Virus record (IMG/VR): IMGVR_UViG_3300030207_001559
Location: 1-35,246 of that record
DNA from: a virus
Lineage: Duplodnaviria; Caudoviricetes
Direction: 5' to 3' (one strand)
Length of the DNA: 35,246 nt
How positions within the stretch are numbered: position 1 is the stretch's first letter; the number at the start of each line of letters is the position of its first letter. Positions 20,356 through 28,724 of the stretch are shown one piece after another. The position numbers and the translations under genes were made by a program. The notes below the pieces were generated by a model. That model was given only the letters and a program-made list of their open reading frames with translations, ran no database searches and was not told the origin of the DNA.

Positions 20356-20599
20356 TGTAAACTTCGGACACATAAGTTGGTGTGCCCTCTCCCATATGAC
20401 TTCCTAAAACATTATATTCAAAAAATTCATTTGCTTCTTCTGCTGTCATATCATCTTCTAAGACAAATATCTCAATAATCTTATCTACCGAGTAAACAAT
20501 CGTGTTATCTTTCGCATTTATCCCTAGTATCGCAGAAGAAAACTTATCTCTTTCTAGGGAATCCCCACCTAAATACAACCTATCTTCAGAATCAATCAC
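20336..20599 (-). CDS. Conserved phage hypothetical protein
   Basis: 87 aa; 'AILG...VYSVDKIIEI....MTAEEANEFFEYNVLGSHMGEGTP' resembles a common small phage family. Confidence 0.65.
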   Translation of the reverse strand: MIDSEDRLYLGGDSLERDKFSSAILGINAKDNTIVYSVDKIIEIFVLEDDMTAEEANEFFEYNVLGSHMGEGTPTYVSEVYNGDCEY

Positions 20600-21068
20600 C
20601 TTTTTTTCCTTTTAAAATATTTTCGACCTGCTCATGTGCAGTTAACTCAGTTGATGTGTCCTCACTTTCAGTATTTTTACTATCCTTAAAGCGTTTACGC
20701 ATCTCACTAAGAACTTCTTTAGCCGTATCATCTACCACAGTTGTCTGAGGTCGATACTTATCAGCCCAATGAGCGTTCAATAAAGTAATCAACAATACAG
20801 GATTATCTTTAGGACCTTGGTCTTTCACCCTAGATACTGCCAAATCCTGTAGCATTTCTCGGAAATTATGCTTCGCATCTTCAAATCTTTCTTTAAATCC
20901 CTGAACATTATTCTCTATCCACCTCATAGGAGTACGTCTATTAACGCCTAACTCCTTAGAAGCAGCACGAATACTGCCTACCTCTGCATACAAAGCAAGG
21001 AAAGCATCTTGTCTAGCCTTAATATCATCAGGCTTTGACCCTTCTATCCAAGAATTAGTAGCTGCCAT
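20592..21068 (-). CDS. terS: Terminase small subunit (HTH)
   Basis: 'QDAFLALYAEVGSIRAASKELGVNRRTPMRW' HTH and 'LLITLLNAHWADKY'; upstream of TerL. Confidence 0.7.
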   Translation of the reverse strand: MAATNSWIEGSKPDDIKARQDAFLALYAEVGSIRAASKELGVNRRTPMRWIENNVQGFKERFEDAKHNFREMLQDLAVSRVKDQGPKDNPVLLITLLNAHWADKYRPQTTVVDDTAKEVLSEMRKRFKDSKNTESEDTSTELTAHEQVENILKGKKGD

Positions 21069-21151
21069 TATTTCTTTTTCCTTCCCATCTTCTTCTTTTT
21101 CTTCGGAGGTCTACCCATCTTACTACCGTAAGTACCTTTTCCTTGTGGCAT
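21068..21151 (-). CDS. 27-aa highly basic peptide
   Basis: MPQGKGTYGSKMGRPPKKKKKMGRKKK; RBS AAGGAG; TAATG coupling to terS. Confidence 0.7.
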   Translation of the reverse strand: MPQGKGTYGSKMGRPPKKKKKMGRKKK

Positions 21152-21153
21152 AT

Positions 21154-21306
21154 CTATCTCCTTTTAGCAGTCTTTGCTGCTCTTTTAAATTGCGCTGCAG
21201 TAGGTCTATCTTTCTGTCCCTTCTTCCTCATAGTTTCACCACTCCCAGCCTTAATCCTCTTCCTCTTAGCATGAATATTAGCATACAAGCCTTTCTTCTT
21301 AGCCAT
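21154..21306 (-). CDS. 50-aa highly basic protein
   Basis: MAKKKGLYANIHAKRKRIKAGSGETMRKKGQKDRPTAAQFKRAAKTAKRR; TAATG-coupled to the upstream gene. Confidence 0.75.
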   Translation of the reverse strand: MAKKKGLYANIHAKRKRIKAGSGETMRKKGQKDRPTAAQFKRAAKTAKRR

Positions 21307-21572
21307 TACCACTTCACCTTATTAGCCCAATACGCTGCAGACATCTTACCTTTAGCAATATTCTTAGCGTGTCTAGCCTTAAATGACTTAGCACGGGGAG
21401 TCATGGTCTTATCCCCAGTCTTACCCTGTTGACCAAACCTTATAGTCTTAGTCTTATCACCCACTTTAGCAACAACAACGTGTGACTTCGTAGGGTGTTT
21501 AGGAGTTCTCTTAGGCTTATTATACCCACTAACTCCAGCATTTTTTAATTTAGAATCTTTCTTAGGTGCCAT
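21306..21572 (-). CDS. 88-aa basic protein, first gene of the late arm
   Basis: MAPKKDSKLK...TIRFGQQG...SFKARH...SAAYWANKVKW. Start reassigned from 21608 to ATG 21572. Confidence 0.75.
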   Translation of the reverse strand: MAPKKDSKLKNAGVSGYNKPKRTPKHPTKSHVVVAKVGDKTKTIRFGQQGKTGDKTMTPRAKSFKARHAKNIAKGKMSAAYWANKVKW

Positions 21573-21578
21573 ATCTAA

Positions 21579-21608
21579 TTTATACCATACAAATGTTAAT
21601 ATACACAA
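21579..21608 (-). promoter_or_regulatory. Candidate leftward promoter, possibly giving a leaderless mRNA
   Basis: TTGTGT, 18-nt spacer ending TGG, TATAAA, then ATG 6 nt downstream with no SD sequence. Confidence 0.35.
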
Positions 21609-21609
21609 C

Positions 21610-21690
21610 GAGAGGGGTTAATCAGACTAGCATCTGCCATGCTATCGACCAGCCTACGATACGTTGTCTGAACTAATTCGTGTTCCTCTC
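21610..21690. ncRNA. Branched stem-loop element between the divergent arms
   Basis: GAGAGG/CCTCTC and TCAGAC/GTCTGA enclose TAGCAT-CTGCC-ATGCTA and TCG-N9-CGA hairpins. Confidence 0.45.
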
Positions 21691-21706
21691 ACATAAGGAA
21701 ACTAAA

Positions 21707-21877
21707 ATGAATATACACGACCTACAAGGTCTAACTAATAAACTAGGTGACCTGTCCAAAAGAGTAAACAAAATAGAAGAAATATCTAAAATTAGCTACT
21801 ACTCACTAGTAATAACAGCACTAAACTCTCTAACTCTTCTTATAATTATTCTCTTTTTAGTACTTGTTAGTCCTTGA
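21707..21877 (+). CDS. Small membrane protein (one C-terminal TM helix)
   Basis: RBS TAAGGA before ATG 21707; short coiled coil then 'LVITALNSLTLLIIILFLVLV'. Confidence 0.55.
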   Translation: MNIHDLQGLTNKLGDLSKRVNKIEEISKISYYSLVITALNSLTLLIIILFLVLVSP

Positions 21878-21889
21878 CAAATAAATTAT

Positions 21890-22500
21890 AATAGAAAGTA
21901 ACAAGTAACTATTTCTATTCTATTTAAATATATTTTCTAGTAATAAGTCATTAGTTAATACCCTCCTGTATAAAGAAAATAGCAACTAGTTACTTGTTAC
22001 TGTTACTAGTAACTAGATACTAAACACCTCTTTTTAGAAAAATTAAATTTCTACAGGTATACTCCCCTCCAATACACATTCCACAAGACATACCCCCTGT
22101 TACTTTAAGTTATGGCTAACCTGTACCGTAACTGTAAACAGTTACTAGGTTAGCTAGATACTATTTTTACGTGTGCGTGACGGGAAACTTCAGCAACTCT
22201 CAAAATACTAGTATCTATTTACGTGATACTACTATCATTATTATTGATGAATCGCTGTTATGCATATATTAACTTTTTATAGTGGTGTCATATGTATATA
22301 TAGGTTGTTTTATTATTACCTCATATAACTAGCTTCTAAGGTATCTATATTAGGTATCTATCTGCTAGCTATTTATTTAATCTTCAGGCACAAATTAAAT
22401 TAATTTAAGCAATTTTTGATTAATTTTCTAGGCACGACTCAGGCACGAACTAGGTGTTTTCACCTGGAAAAATTAAGGTATAATCTCTGTATCTAGTCGT
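21890..22500. other. Non-coding control region (candidate origin and/or packaging site) with iterated motifs
   Basis: About 670 bp without ORFs; clustered GTAAC/GTTAC repeats, six GTATCTA/TAGATAC copies, three AGGCAC copies, palindrome at 22115-22154. Confidence 0.45.
22457..22484 (+). promoter_or_regulatory. Candidate early promoter
   Basis: TATAAT at 22479-22484 with weak -35 (TTTTCA), followed by a 5' stem-loop (TCTAGTCG...CGACAATAGA) and RBS AAGGAG. Confidence 0.5.
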
Positions 22501-22552
22501 AATAACAACAGCGACAATAGACACATAAATTAATCAACAAGGAGTTGACACA

Positions 22553-22915
22553 ATGAAAATGACAAAACAAGAAAATTTGAGATTTGCAGAATCTATGGTT
22601 AGAAGAGTAGAAAAAGAATGGGAAAAACTAAATACAAAAAATGGACAAATTTATGAAGAAATACATCAAGGAGTATCAGAAAAAGGATTTAACCATATTC
22701 AAGAAATGAATCAAGATTATTTAATACTTAGCATTAAAACACAATTAAGGAAAAGACAATTAACAGTTGCACAAATCGAAGCAGGAGTATATATGCCTGA
22801 AATTAACAAAGATATTCTTCAGAAGAAAAGAAGAGCATATAAACAAGAAATCAAGCATCTAGAAGCTCAAATGATTCAATATACAGGAGGTATAAACTGG
22901 TCAATAAATAGTTAA
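22553..22915 (+). CDS. Early hypothetical protein (helical)
   Basis: 120 aa, RBS AAGGAG. Confidence 0.75.
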   Translation: MKMTKQENLRFAESMVRRVEKEWEKLNTKNGQIYEEIHQGVSEKGFNHIQEMNQDYLILSIKTQLRKRQLTVAQIEAGVYMPEINKDILQKKRRAYKQEIKHLEAQMIQYTGGINWSINS

Positions 22916-22919
22916 ATTG

Positions 22920-22948
22920 TAGACCTGAGCAAGTCTAAAAACTGCTCA
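22920..22948 (+). ncRNA. Intergenic H-type pseudoknot motif, copy 1
   Basis: TAGAC-C-TGAGCA-A-GTCTA-AAAAC-TGCTCA. Confidence 0.7.
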
Positions 22949-22981
22949 AATAAATAAACAAGTAACAAAGGAAAAAATACA

Positions 22982-23266
22982 ATGACAAACGAGCAAATCA
23001 TAAAAGAATTTTTAAATAATAAATCAGCAAAGAATCAAAACAATTCATTGACAAGCACAGGAGACCAATTATTTAGTTATAGATTTTTAATAGCAGAAAA
23101 GGCACCAACAACTACAGTAGGAGAATTTGCAACAGTAATAAATGATTTTTCAATAGGTAAAATAGAAGAAATTACAGGAATAAGGAGCATGACAACAAGA
23201 CAACACATAGGATTATTAAAAAGAACAGCACAAAATCAAGGAGAAGAAACAATAATATTAAATTAG
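22982..23266 (+). CDS. Early hypothetical protein
   Basis: 94 aa; 'LFSY..LIA...SMTTRQH' pattern seen in small phage early proteins. Confidence 0.75.
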   Translation: MTNEQIIKEFLNNKSAKNQNNSLTSTGDQLFSYRFLIAEKAPTTTVGEFATVINDFSIGKIEEITGIRSMTTRQHIGLLKRTAQNQGEETIILN

Positions 23267-23271
23267 TAGAT

Positions 23272-23300
23272 ATAACCTGAGCAAGTTTTAAAACTGCTCA
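23272..23300 (+). ncRNA. Intergenic H-type pseudoknot motif, copy 2
   Basis: ATAAC-C-TGAGCA-A-GTTTT-AAAAC-TGCTCA. Confidence 0.65.
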
Positions 23301-23330
23301 ATTAATTAAGCATTAAAGGAGAATTTAACA

Positions 23331-23738
23331 ATGAGAATGAGTTACAACAAATTTATATATAACTGGGTAAAAGCTATAAGAGATAATGATGAAATTTCTG
23401 AGCAGTATTTAAAAAGTGAACCTAAATATAAAAATTTATATATTAGTAAATATGGAGACTTAGTAGTTAACTCAGTTGATGAAAAAAATTGGTGTATAGC
23501 TGACATTTACGAGCATGAAGATTTTGAATGTGATGACTGGAAACCAAATTGTTTCACTAGTCGAGAGCCATCTATATATTTAACTAGTAAATATTTTTTA
23601 AAACATGGTGGATATTCGGATAAAGAAATAAACATAATTTTAAGTTGTCAAGAAATAGTAGAAGGAGCAGTACAAGATTTATATGGTGAATTTGTAAAAA
23701 ATAATTCATGGGAACCATTTATATCTGATATGACATAA
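23331..23738 (+). CDS. Early hypothetical protein
   Basis: 135 aa, RBS AAGGAG. Confidence 0.75.
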   Translation: MRMSYNKFIYNWVKAIRDNDEISEQYLKSEPKYKNLYISKYGDLVVNSVDEKNWCIADIYEHEDFECDDWKPNCFTSREPSIYLTSKYFLKHGGYSDKEINIILSCQEIVEGAVQDLYGEFVKNNSWEPFISDMT

Positions 23739-23743
23739 ATAAA

Positions 23744-23773
23744 ATATTCCTGAGTAAGAATATAAACTGCTCA
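23744..23773 (+). ncRNA. Intergenic H-type pseudoknot motif, copy 3
   Basis: ATATTC-C-TGAGTA-A-GAATAT-AAAC-TGCTCA. Confidence 0.7.
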
Positions 23774-23804
23774 CTAATAAATAAATTTATAAAGGATAAA
23801 AAAC

Positions 23805-24098
23805 ATGAATACAGAAAAACAAAAGCAAGTATTAGAAATGCAAGATAAAGCAGAAGAAATTGAGCAACAATTATTTGTAAATGATAAAAGTTTAAGCTAT
23901 GCAGAAGTAGCACATATTATCGAGTATGTTTTTGGATTAAAATCTGACCAAGTGAGAGATGCTATACAAGAATTAGCAGATTTTAGGAGAAAAATACCTA
24001 CTGATAGTAGATTAAATAATTCCTGTAGTTGGGTAAATTGTTTTGATGAAGCATCAAACATCCTACACTGTATGGAAACAGTAGGATTAACAGTTTGA
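23805..24098 (+). CDS. Early hypothetical protein
   Basis: 97 aa, RBS AAGGA. Confidence 0.7.
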   Translation: MNTEKQKQVLEMQDKAEEIEQQLFVNDKSLSYAEVAHIIEYVFGLKSDQVRDAIQELADFRRKIPTDSRLNNSCSWVNCFDEASNILHCMETVGLTV

Positions 24099-24120
24099 TA
24101 AATATATAAAGGAGAAAAAA

Positions 24121-24351
24121 ATGATAAATCAAAAATGTAATTGGTATCTGTTGCGACAATTTAATATAAAACATTTAGGAATGGGTGACTGGTCAATTCA
24201 GCCATTAAATAAAACGGCAACTAGAGAATTAAAACGAATAAATTCTCGTATTGATGGAGACAATGGCAGGGTATTTTTTGAAGGAAAAACATTAATTATT
24301 TTGAATGGTAGTCAATGGATTAATTTAGTTGATTATTATTCAAATTTATAA
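24121..24351 (+). CDS. Early hypothetical protein
   Basis: 76 aa, RBS AAGGAG. Confidence 0.7.
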   Translation: MINQKCNWYLLRQFNIKHLGMGDWSIQPLNKTATRELKRINSRIDGDNGRVFFEGKTLIILNGSQWINLVDYYSNL

Positions 24352-24365
24352 AGGAGAATTTAACA

Positions 24366-24593
24366 ATGGCAAAGAAACCAATATTAAGAATGCATGAGCA
24401 GATAATACCAACAGATAATAATAAATTTAAATTTAAAATAGGAGATAAATTAATAGGAGATTTAAAAGGTAATGACGCAATCGGATTTATATTAAATGTA
24501 AACAATCAATCTGTTTTCAGGTCTGATTTAAGAGACACTATTAACACAATGAGAAGCATACATTTATGTAAATTAGCTGACAGTATTGATTAA
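24366..24593 (+). CDS. Early hypothetical protein
   Basis: 75 aa, RBS AAGGAG. Confidence 0.7.
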   Translation: MAKKPILRMHEQIIPTDNNKFKFKIGDKLIGDLKGNDAIGFILNVNNQSVFRSDLRDTINTMRSIHLCKLADSID

Positions 24594-24641
24594 TATATAG
24601 ATTGGTGTTAGTGTTAACAAAAATAATAAGGAGAATATAAA

Positions 24642-24779
24642 ATGTACACAGAATTAAAAGAATCCAATTTAATAACAGATTTCCTGGATAGATATGAAAC
24701 AGTCAATTTTAATGACAGTTTCCAGGAGATAATAGAATCAGAAGAAGTAGAAATAATTAATCAAGAAATAGGAGAATAA
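24642..24779 (+). CDS. 45-aa acidic hypothetical protein
   Basis: Below cutoff: MYTELKESNLITDFLDRYETVNFNDSFQEIIESEEVEIINQEIGE; RBS AAGGAG. Confidence 0.6.
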   Translation: MYTELKESNLITDFLDRYETVNFNDSFQEIIESEEVEIINQEIGE

Positions 24780-24782
24780 ACA

Positions 24783-25076
24783 ATGATAGTTATACGACAT
24801 TTAGACAATACAAATAGCGAATGCGACCAAGAAATTTATTGTGATATTGCTTGCTTTGGTACTGTTCGATTCGGAGATTGGACAACAAATATTAAAACAG
24901 CAACATTGAAAATTGAATCTGTGTATGACGCATTAAATAAAATTGCAGAATCTGACCAATTTAATGTGTATGAGGATGAACACATCATACCTAACTCACA
25001 TTATCCAACTATTGAAGATTTTTTAAGTGAAGATTCTCAAGAATACTGTTATAGCTGTAAAGAAGAATTAAATTAA
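24783..25076 (+). CDS. Early hypothetical protein with C-terminal CxxC
   Basis: 97 aa, RBS AGGAG. Confidence 0.7.
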   Translation: MIVIRHLDNTNSECDQEIYCDIACFGTVRFGDWTTNIKTATLKIESVYDALNKIAESDQFNVYEDEHIIPNSHYPTIEDFLSEDSQEYCYSCKEELN

Positions 25077-25092
25077 TAAAGGAGTATAAAAA

Positions 25093-25251
25093 ATGATAAA
25101 TCAACAAATGAATATCAGACTAATCAAAGAACAAACAATTAAAAAAGAATATGAAAATGTAGATTATCAAGATATTACACACTCTAAAAAAAGAATTGGA
25201 GATTTTTATTATTACAAATTAACAAAGATAGTTTTTGTCCCAATAAATTAA
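25093..25251 (+). CDS. 52-aa hypothetical protein
   Basis: Below cutoff: MINQQMNIRLIKEQTIKKEYENV...; RBS AAGGAG. Confidence 0.55.
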   Translation: MINQQMNIRLIKEQTIKKEYENVDYQDITHSKKRIGDFYYYKLTKIVFVPIN

Positions 25252-25270
25252 TTAATAAAGGAGAATAAAT

Positions 25271-25299
25271 TTGAATAATAATTTAACCTAGTGTATAAT
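25271..25299 (+). promoter_or_regulatory. sigma70-type promoter
   Basis: TTGAAT, 17-nt spacer, TATAAT; followed by a GGAGT/ACTCC stem-loop (25308-25329). Confidence 0.7.
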
Positions 25300-25355
25300 T
25301 TAATATAGGAGTTGGCGTTGTTTGACTCCAACAATAATAATAAAGGAGAACAGAT

Positions 25356-25757
25356 ATGAATGTAGATATAACAAATGGAATAGATAGGAATACTTGTCAG
25401 CAATTAAGAGAATCATTGGAGGATTTATTAAAACCAATCATAGATAGTGGATTAGATTTTAAGATTGGGAATATTAAATATGACAATGTAAGTATGGATA
25501 CAAAAATAGAATTTTATATAAAGGAAGGTAAAGAAGATAAAGACAAAGACATGGCTAATCAATGGCTAGAAATTAGAGGAGCAAATTTTAGGGTAGGTGA
25601 TGTGTTTATTGCTAAAAATGAGGAATGGATTGTCTCAGGATTTAATGCAAAAGCTAAAAAGTATCCTGTAGTGATTACTAGAAAATTAAATGGAGATAGT
25701 TATAAGAATAGTGTTCAAGGAATTAATGCATATTTTGCAATACAGGAGAATAAATAA
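25356..25757 (+). CDS. Early hypothetical protein
   Basis: 133 aa, RBS AAGGAG; C-terminal 'VSGFNAKAKKYPVV' beta domain. Confidence 0.75.
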   Translation: MNVDITNGIDRNTCQQLRESLEDLLKPIIDSGLDFKIGNIKYDNVSMDTKIEFYIKEGKEDKDKDMANQWLEIRGANFRVGDVFIAKNEEWIVSGFNAKAKKYPVVITRKLNGDSYKNSVQGINAYFAIQENK

Positions 25758-25903
25758 TGACTGACAATATTGAATGCCCTGAAGGGCACATAGATACATA
25801 CACATATGACTCAACTAAAGATGGTTTAGATTATGGTTTATTACTAATGTGTAATGTTTGTGAAGATGGCTACGAAATAATTGAAAATAATAAAGGAGAA
25901 TAA
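25757..25903 (+). CDS. 48-aa Zn-ribbon-like protein
   Basis: Below cutoff: MTDNIECPEGH...LMCNVCEDGYEIIENNKGE. Confidence 0.65.
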   Translation: MTDNIECPEGHIDTYTYDSTKDGLDYGLLLMCNVCEDGYEIIENNKGE

Positions 25904-25906
25904 ATA

Positions 25907-26353
25907 ATGATGTTACAAAAACTTATAGATGGAAAAGTAGATATTAAACAATCAAGGTCAGGACAAAAGCAATTAATAGATTACTTGTATTACAAAGTAA
26001 TTGTAAATAGTGATTATAAATTTGATTGGTTACTTAGTGATATAGAAAAAGATGAAAAAGCACACAGAAGAATGGCATCTAGTGATAGAAAAATTTATGA
26101 CCTATCTATTTTATATACAGCAAAATTCTTTTCTATTCAATATATATTAATAGGTTTACAAAACCCTGATATTACATTTGATGCAAGAGACATTGTAAGT
26201 TTAAGACAAACTTATTTAACTGGTGTTTCATTGGGTGCACTTTGGGCAGAAACAATTACAAAGAACTTCCCAATGACCCCTGAAAATGAGAAATATGTAG
26301 AGTTGTTTGAACAGTTAGATTACACAGATTTTATTAAGCAAGTAGGAGAATAA
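25907..26353 (+). CDS. Early hypothetical protein
   Basis: 148 aa, RBS AAGGAG. Confidence 0.75.
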   Translation: MMLQKLIDGKVDIKQSRSGQKQLIDYLYYKVIVNSDYKFDWLLSDIEKDEKAHRRMASSDRKIYDLSILYTAKFFSIQYILIGLQNPDITFDARDIVSLRQTYLTGVSLGALWAETITKNFPMTPENEKYVELFEQLDYTDFIKQVGE

Positions 26354-26560
26354 GTGATGAATCTTAAGGAAATAAAAGCAAGTGTAGAGTCAGGTGAAAC
26401 AGTTTACTGGGCAAATACGGCGTACAGGGTCATTAAAACTGACAATGGTGGTTGGTTAATCATGTGTGATATTAATGGGCATTGTATCGGATTAACTCAC
26501 CAAGATGGAGTAACTATGAATGGAGAAGAAAAAGATTTCTTTATTAAAAAAGGAGAATAA
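26354..26560 (+). CDS. Small conserved phage hypothetical protein
   Basis: 68 aa, 'GETVYWANTAYRVIK...IGLTHQDG'. Confidence 0.7.
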   Translation: MMNLKEIKASVESGETVYWANTAYRVIKTDNGGWLIMCDINGHCIGLTHQDGVTMNGEEKDFFIKKGE

Positions 26561-26938
26561 GTGATGACTAAAAAAGAATTTGTATTAATTGCTAAAGCAT
26601 TAAAAGATGCTAGAAAAAGAGCAGACAACTCAGGAATGATAAGAGAAAAAACAAAAGATAGTGTTTTAGAAAAAGGAAAACGAGTGCCTAAAGCTATTCA
26701 AGGTAACGAAGTTTATAGTTTATGGGATAGGCATATAGATACTCAATTTGCTATCACAATGTTGATAGGAGATTTGATAGATATATTTGAATTGTCTAAT
26801 ACCTACAAAAATGATTGGAAACGATTTGACAAAGAAGCATTTTGGAAAGCAACAGACCTAGATAATGAAGAAGAAATTGAAAAGTTATGGGAGCAAACAC
26901 AATCGGAACATCCTGGATTTATTCCTGCAGTAACTTAA
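26561..26938 (+). CDS. Hypothetical protein
   Basis: 125 aa, 'MTKKEFVLIA...RFDKEAFWKA' pattern. Confidence 0.7.
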   Translation: MMTKKEFVLIAKALKDARKRADNSGMIREKTKDSVLEKGKRVPKAIQGNEVYSLWDRHIDTQFAITMLIGDLIDIFELSNTYKNDWKRFDKEAFWKATDLDNEEEIEKLWEQTQSEHPGFIPAVT

Positions 26939-26968
26939 AGAAAATATATAACTAAAAGGAGATAAGCA

Positions 26969-27139
26969 ATGAGTAATATTCAAGAACAATACAAAGAATT
27001 AAGCCAAGCAGAAATATTTTATGGTGTCAATGATGGCAGTATCGAACTTGATGGTTGGGGCTACTGTGAAGGGTGCGAATGCGAATCACCACATGTAAAA
27101 AATGACTGCTTAGTCTGTGGACAGTTAGTAAAGGAGTAA
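26969..27139 (+). CDS. 56-aa Zn-finger-like protein
   Basis: Below cutoff: ...YCEGCECESPHVKNDCLVCG...; RBS AAGGAG. Confidence 0.65.
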   Translation: MSNIQEQYKELSQAEIFYGVNDGSIELDGWGYCEGCECESPHVKNDCLVCGQLVKE

Positions 27140-27141
27140 GT

Positions 27142-27321
27142 ATGAATCAGTTTAATGCAACTAAGAAATATGAAATCCGAATAGATGCTAAAGATTTAAA
27201 CAGTCTAAATAAAATATTAGATTGGATAGAAAAAGGCATGGAACAAAAGGAGATTCCATGCCACTTAGAAATGAACTGGATAACAGAAGAGATGAACATT
27301 AAATATATAGAAGGAGAATAA
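27142..27321 (+). CDS. 59-aa hypothetical protein
   Basis: Below cutoff: MNQFNATKKYEIRIDAKDL...KYIEGE; RBS AAGGAG. Confidence 0.65.
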   Translation: MNQFNATKKYEIRIDAKDLNSLNKILDWIEKGMEQKEIPCHLEMNWITEEMNIKYIEGE

Positions 27322-27324
27322 ATA

Positions 27325-27531
27325 ATGTTATCAATATATGACAGGCTACAAATTTGGGCAATTAGAAGTCAGGGTACATTAGGTAAGCAAATGTACAACA
27401 AAATATTAAATCTAGCTTTAGAAGATATAGACAGACTAAAAGAAATTCAACTGTTCATAGACGCACTCGTGACAGTAAGCGAAGACCAAGAATTTCAAGA
27501 CGATTTTAAACAATTTATGAAAGGAGAATAA
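27325..27531 (+). CDS. Hypothetical protein
   Basis: 68 aa, RBS AAGGAG. Confidence 0.7.
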   Translation: MLSIYDRLQIWAIRSQGTLGKQMYNKILNLALEDIDRLKEIQLFIDALVTVSEDQEFQDDFKQFMKGE

Positions 27532-27534
27532 ATA

Positions 27535-27732
27535 ATGCCTTATATTAAAAGGGATAAGATAAAAAAGATTTTAGAGTGGTATCACAAGGGTTGGGAGACA
27601 GGAACAATACAAGACTTGTATGAAGATTTATATTTTTATGCTGAAGAGTATTTAAAAACATTACCAAAAGAAACTATAGATGCAGACTATGAGCAAGCAA
27701 AAGAAGAATTAAAGGAGTATTACAATGGCTAG
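27535..27732 (+). CDS. Hypothetical protein
   Basis: 65 aa, RBS AAGGAG. Confidence 0.7.
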   Translation: MPYIKRDKIKKILEWYHKGWETGTIQDLYEDLYFYAEEYLKTLPKETIDADYEQAKEELKEYYNG

Positions 27733-27988
27733 ATTATTAAAAGGAATACCAACAGAATTTGAAAACATAACTGAATTTGAAGAGCAATGCGAAGCATACG
27801 AAAAAGTAGAAGCAAGAACAACCATATGGAAATTTCCAATGGCAGATAGCTATGCATTTTATGAAGTAGTTAAAGTACAACCACTACAATTACGTTGGAT
27901 TCCATACATGGATAAATGGAAAGCACCTGAGTATGTTATTAGAGGGCTTAAAGCTAAAGACATAGTAAGAAGTATTGCAAATGTTTAA
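27725..27988 (+). CDS. Hypothetical protein
   Basis: 87 aa, 'FPMADSYAFYEV...PLQLRWIPYMD'. Confidence 0.7.
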   Translation: MARLLKGIPTEFENITEFEEQCEAYEKVEARTTIWKFPMADSYAFYEVVKVQPLQLRWIPYMDKWKAPEYVIRGLKAKDIVRSIANV

Positions 27989-28712
27989 GTTATATAACGA
28001 AAACTGTTTGGATACTTTGGCAAAAATGAATAACAATTCAGTAGATTTAGTTATTACTTCACCACCATACAATATGAATTTAAGAATAAGTAAAGGCAGA
28101 TACCATTCTAGGCAAATTGTAAAAGAAATTAGTACAAAGTATGAAAACTTTTCAGACAATTTACCAATAGATAAATTTTATTCTTTACATTCAAAAATAT
28201 TAAAAGAGTTGTTAAGGGTAAGCAATCTAGTTTTCTATAACATAGCCATAGTAACTGGTAGTAAACGAGCCTTTTTTAAAATGATTGGAGATTTTTCAGA
28301 CAACTTAAAAGACATAATTGTTTGGGATAAATTAAATGGACAACCTGCTATACAAGAACAAGTAATGAACAGAAGAACAGAATTAATACTTGTGTTTGAA
28401 AATGAGTATCCAATTAGTAGACAGTTTAAAAGTACAGGCAAATTTGAGAGAGGTACATTAGATGACCTATGGCAAATTAAAAGAGAGAGGAGTAAAGACA
28501 AATCACATGGAGCAACTTTTCCTACAGAGTTAGTAAAAAAGATATTAGAAAACTTTTCATGTGAAAACGATACAGTCTATGATGCCTTTACTGGTACAGG
28601 AACTACAGGGTTAGTTGCTAGGCAAATGAACAGACACTTTATAGGAAGTGAGATTGACCCTGATACACACAGAAATGCTTACAATAAAATCATGGAGACA
28701 ATGGCTATATAA
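27975..28712 (+). CDS. DNA amino-methyltransferase (N4-cytosine/N6-adenine, beta class)
   Basis: Motif IV 'VDLVITSPPYN' precedes 'HGATFP' and motif I 'VYDAFTGTGTT'; no cognate restriction gene adjacent. Confidence 0.9.
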   Translation: MQMFKLYNENCLDTLAKMNNNSVDLVITSPPYNMNLRISKGRYHSRQIVKEISTKYENFSDNLPIDKFYSLHSKILKELLRVSNLVFYNIAIVTGSKRAFFKMIGDFSDNLKDIIVWDKLNGQPAIQEQVMNRRTELILVFENEYPISRQFKSTGKFERGTLDDLWQIKRERSKDKSHGATFPTELVKKILENFSCENDTVYDAFTGTGTTGLVARQMNRHFIGSEIDPDTHRNAYNKIMETMAI

Positions 28713-28724
28713 GGAGTAATACAC

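Noticed and set aside
1606-21432. Plus-strand ORFs over the structural arm (e.g. 1606, 8324, 10175, 12071, 18329, 21145)
   Set aside because: Antisense shadows of well-supported minus-strand genes; no SD and unnatural composition.
7272-21615. AACGAGAGG found three times (7272 minus, 9434 minus, 21607 plus)
   Set aside because: One copy is in coding sequence, one is an SD, and orientation relative to promoters is inconsistent; could be chance.
21874-21892. TTGACA and TATAAT consensus boxes
   Set aside because: Only 7 nt apart, incompatible with a sigma70 promoter.
22920-22948. Repeat as a hammerhead ribozyme or intrinsic terminator
   Set aside because: CTGA is not followed by NGA, there is no GAAA core or three-stem layout, and there is no U-tract on the sense strand.
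22920-23773. Three similar ~29-bp repeats as a CRISPR or TIGR-like array
   Set aside because: They are separated by whole genes (320-445 bp), and there is no cas or Nop-domain gene in the window.
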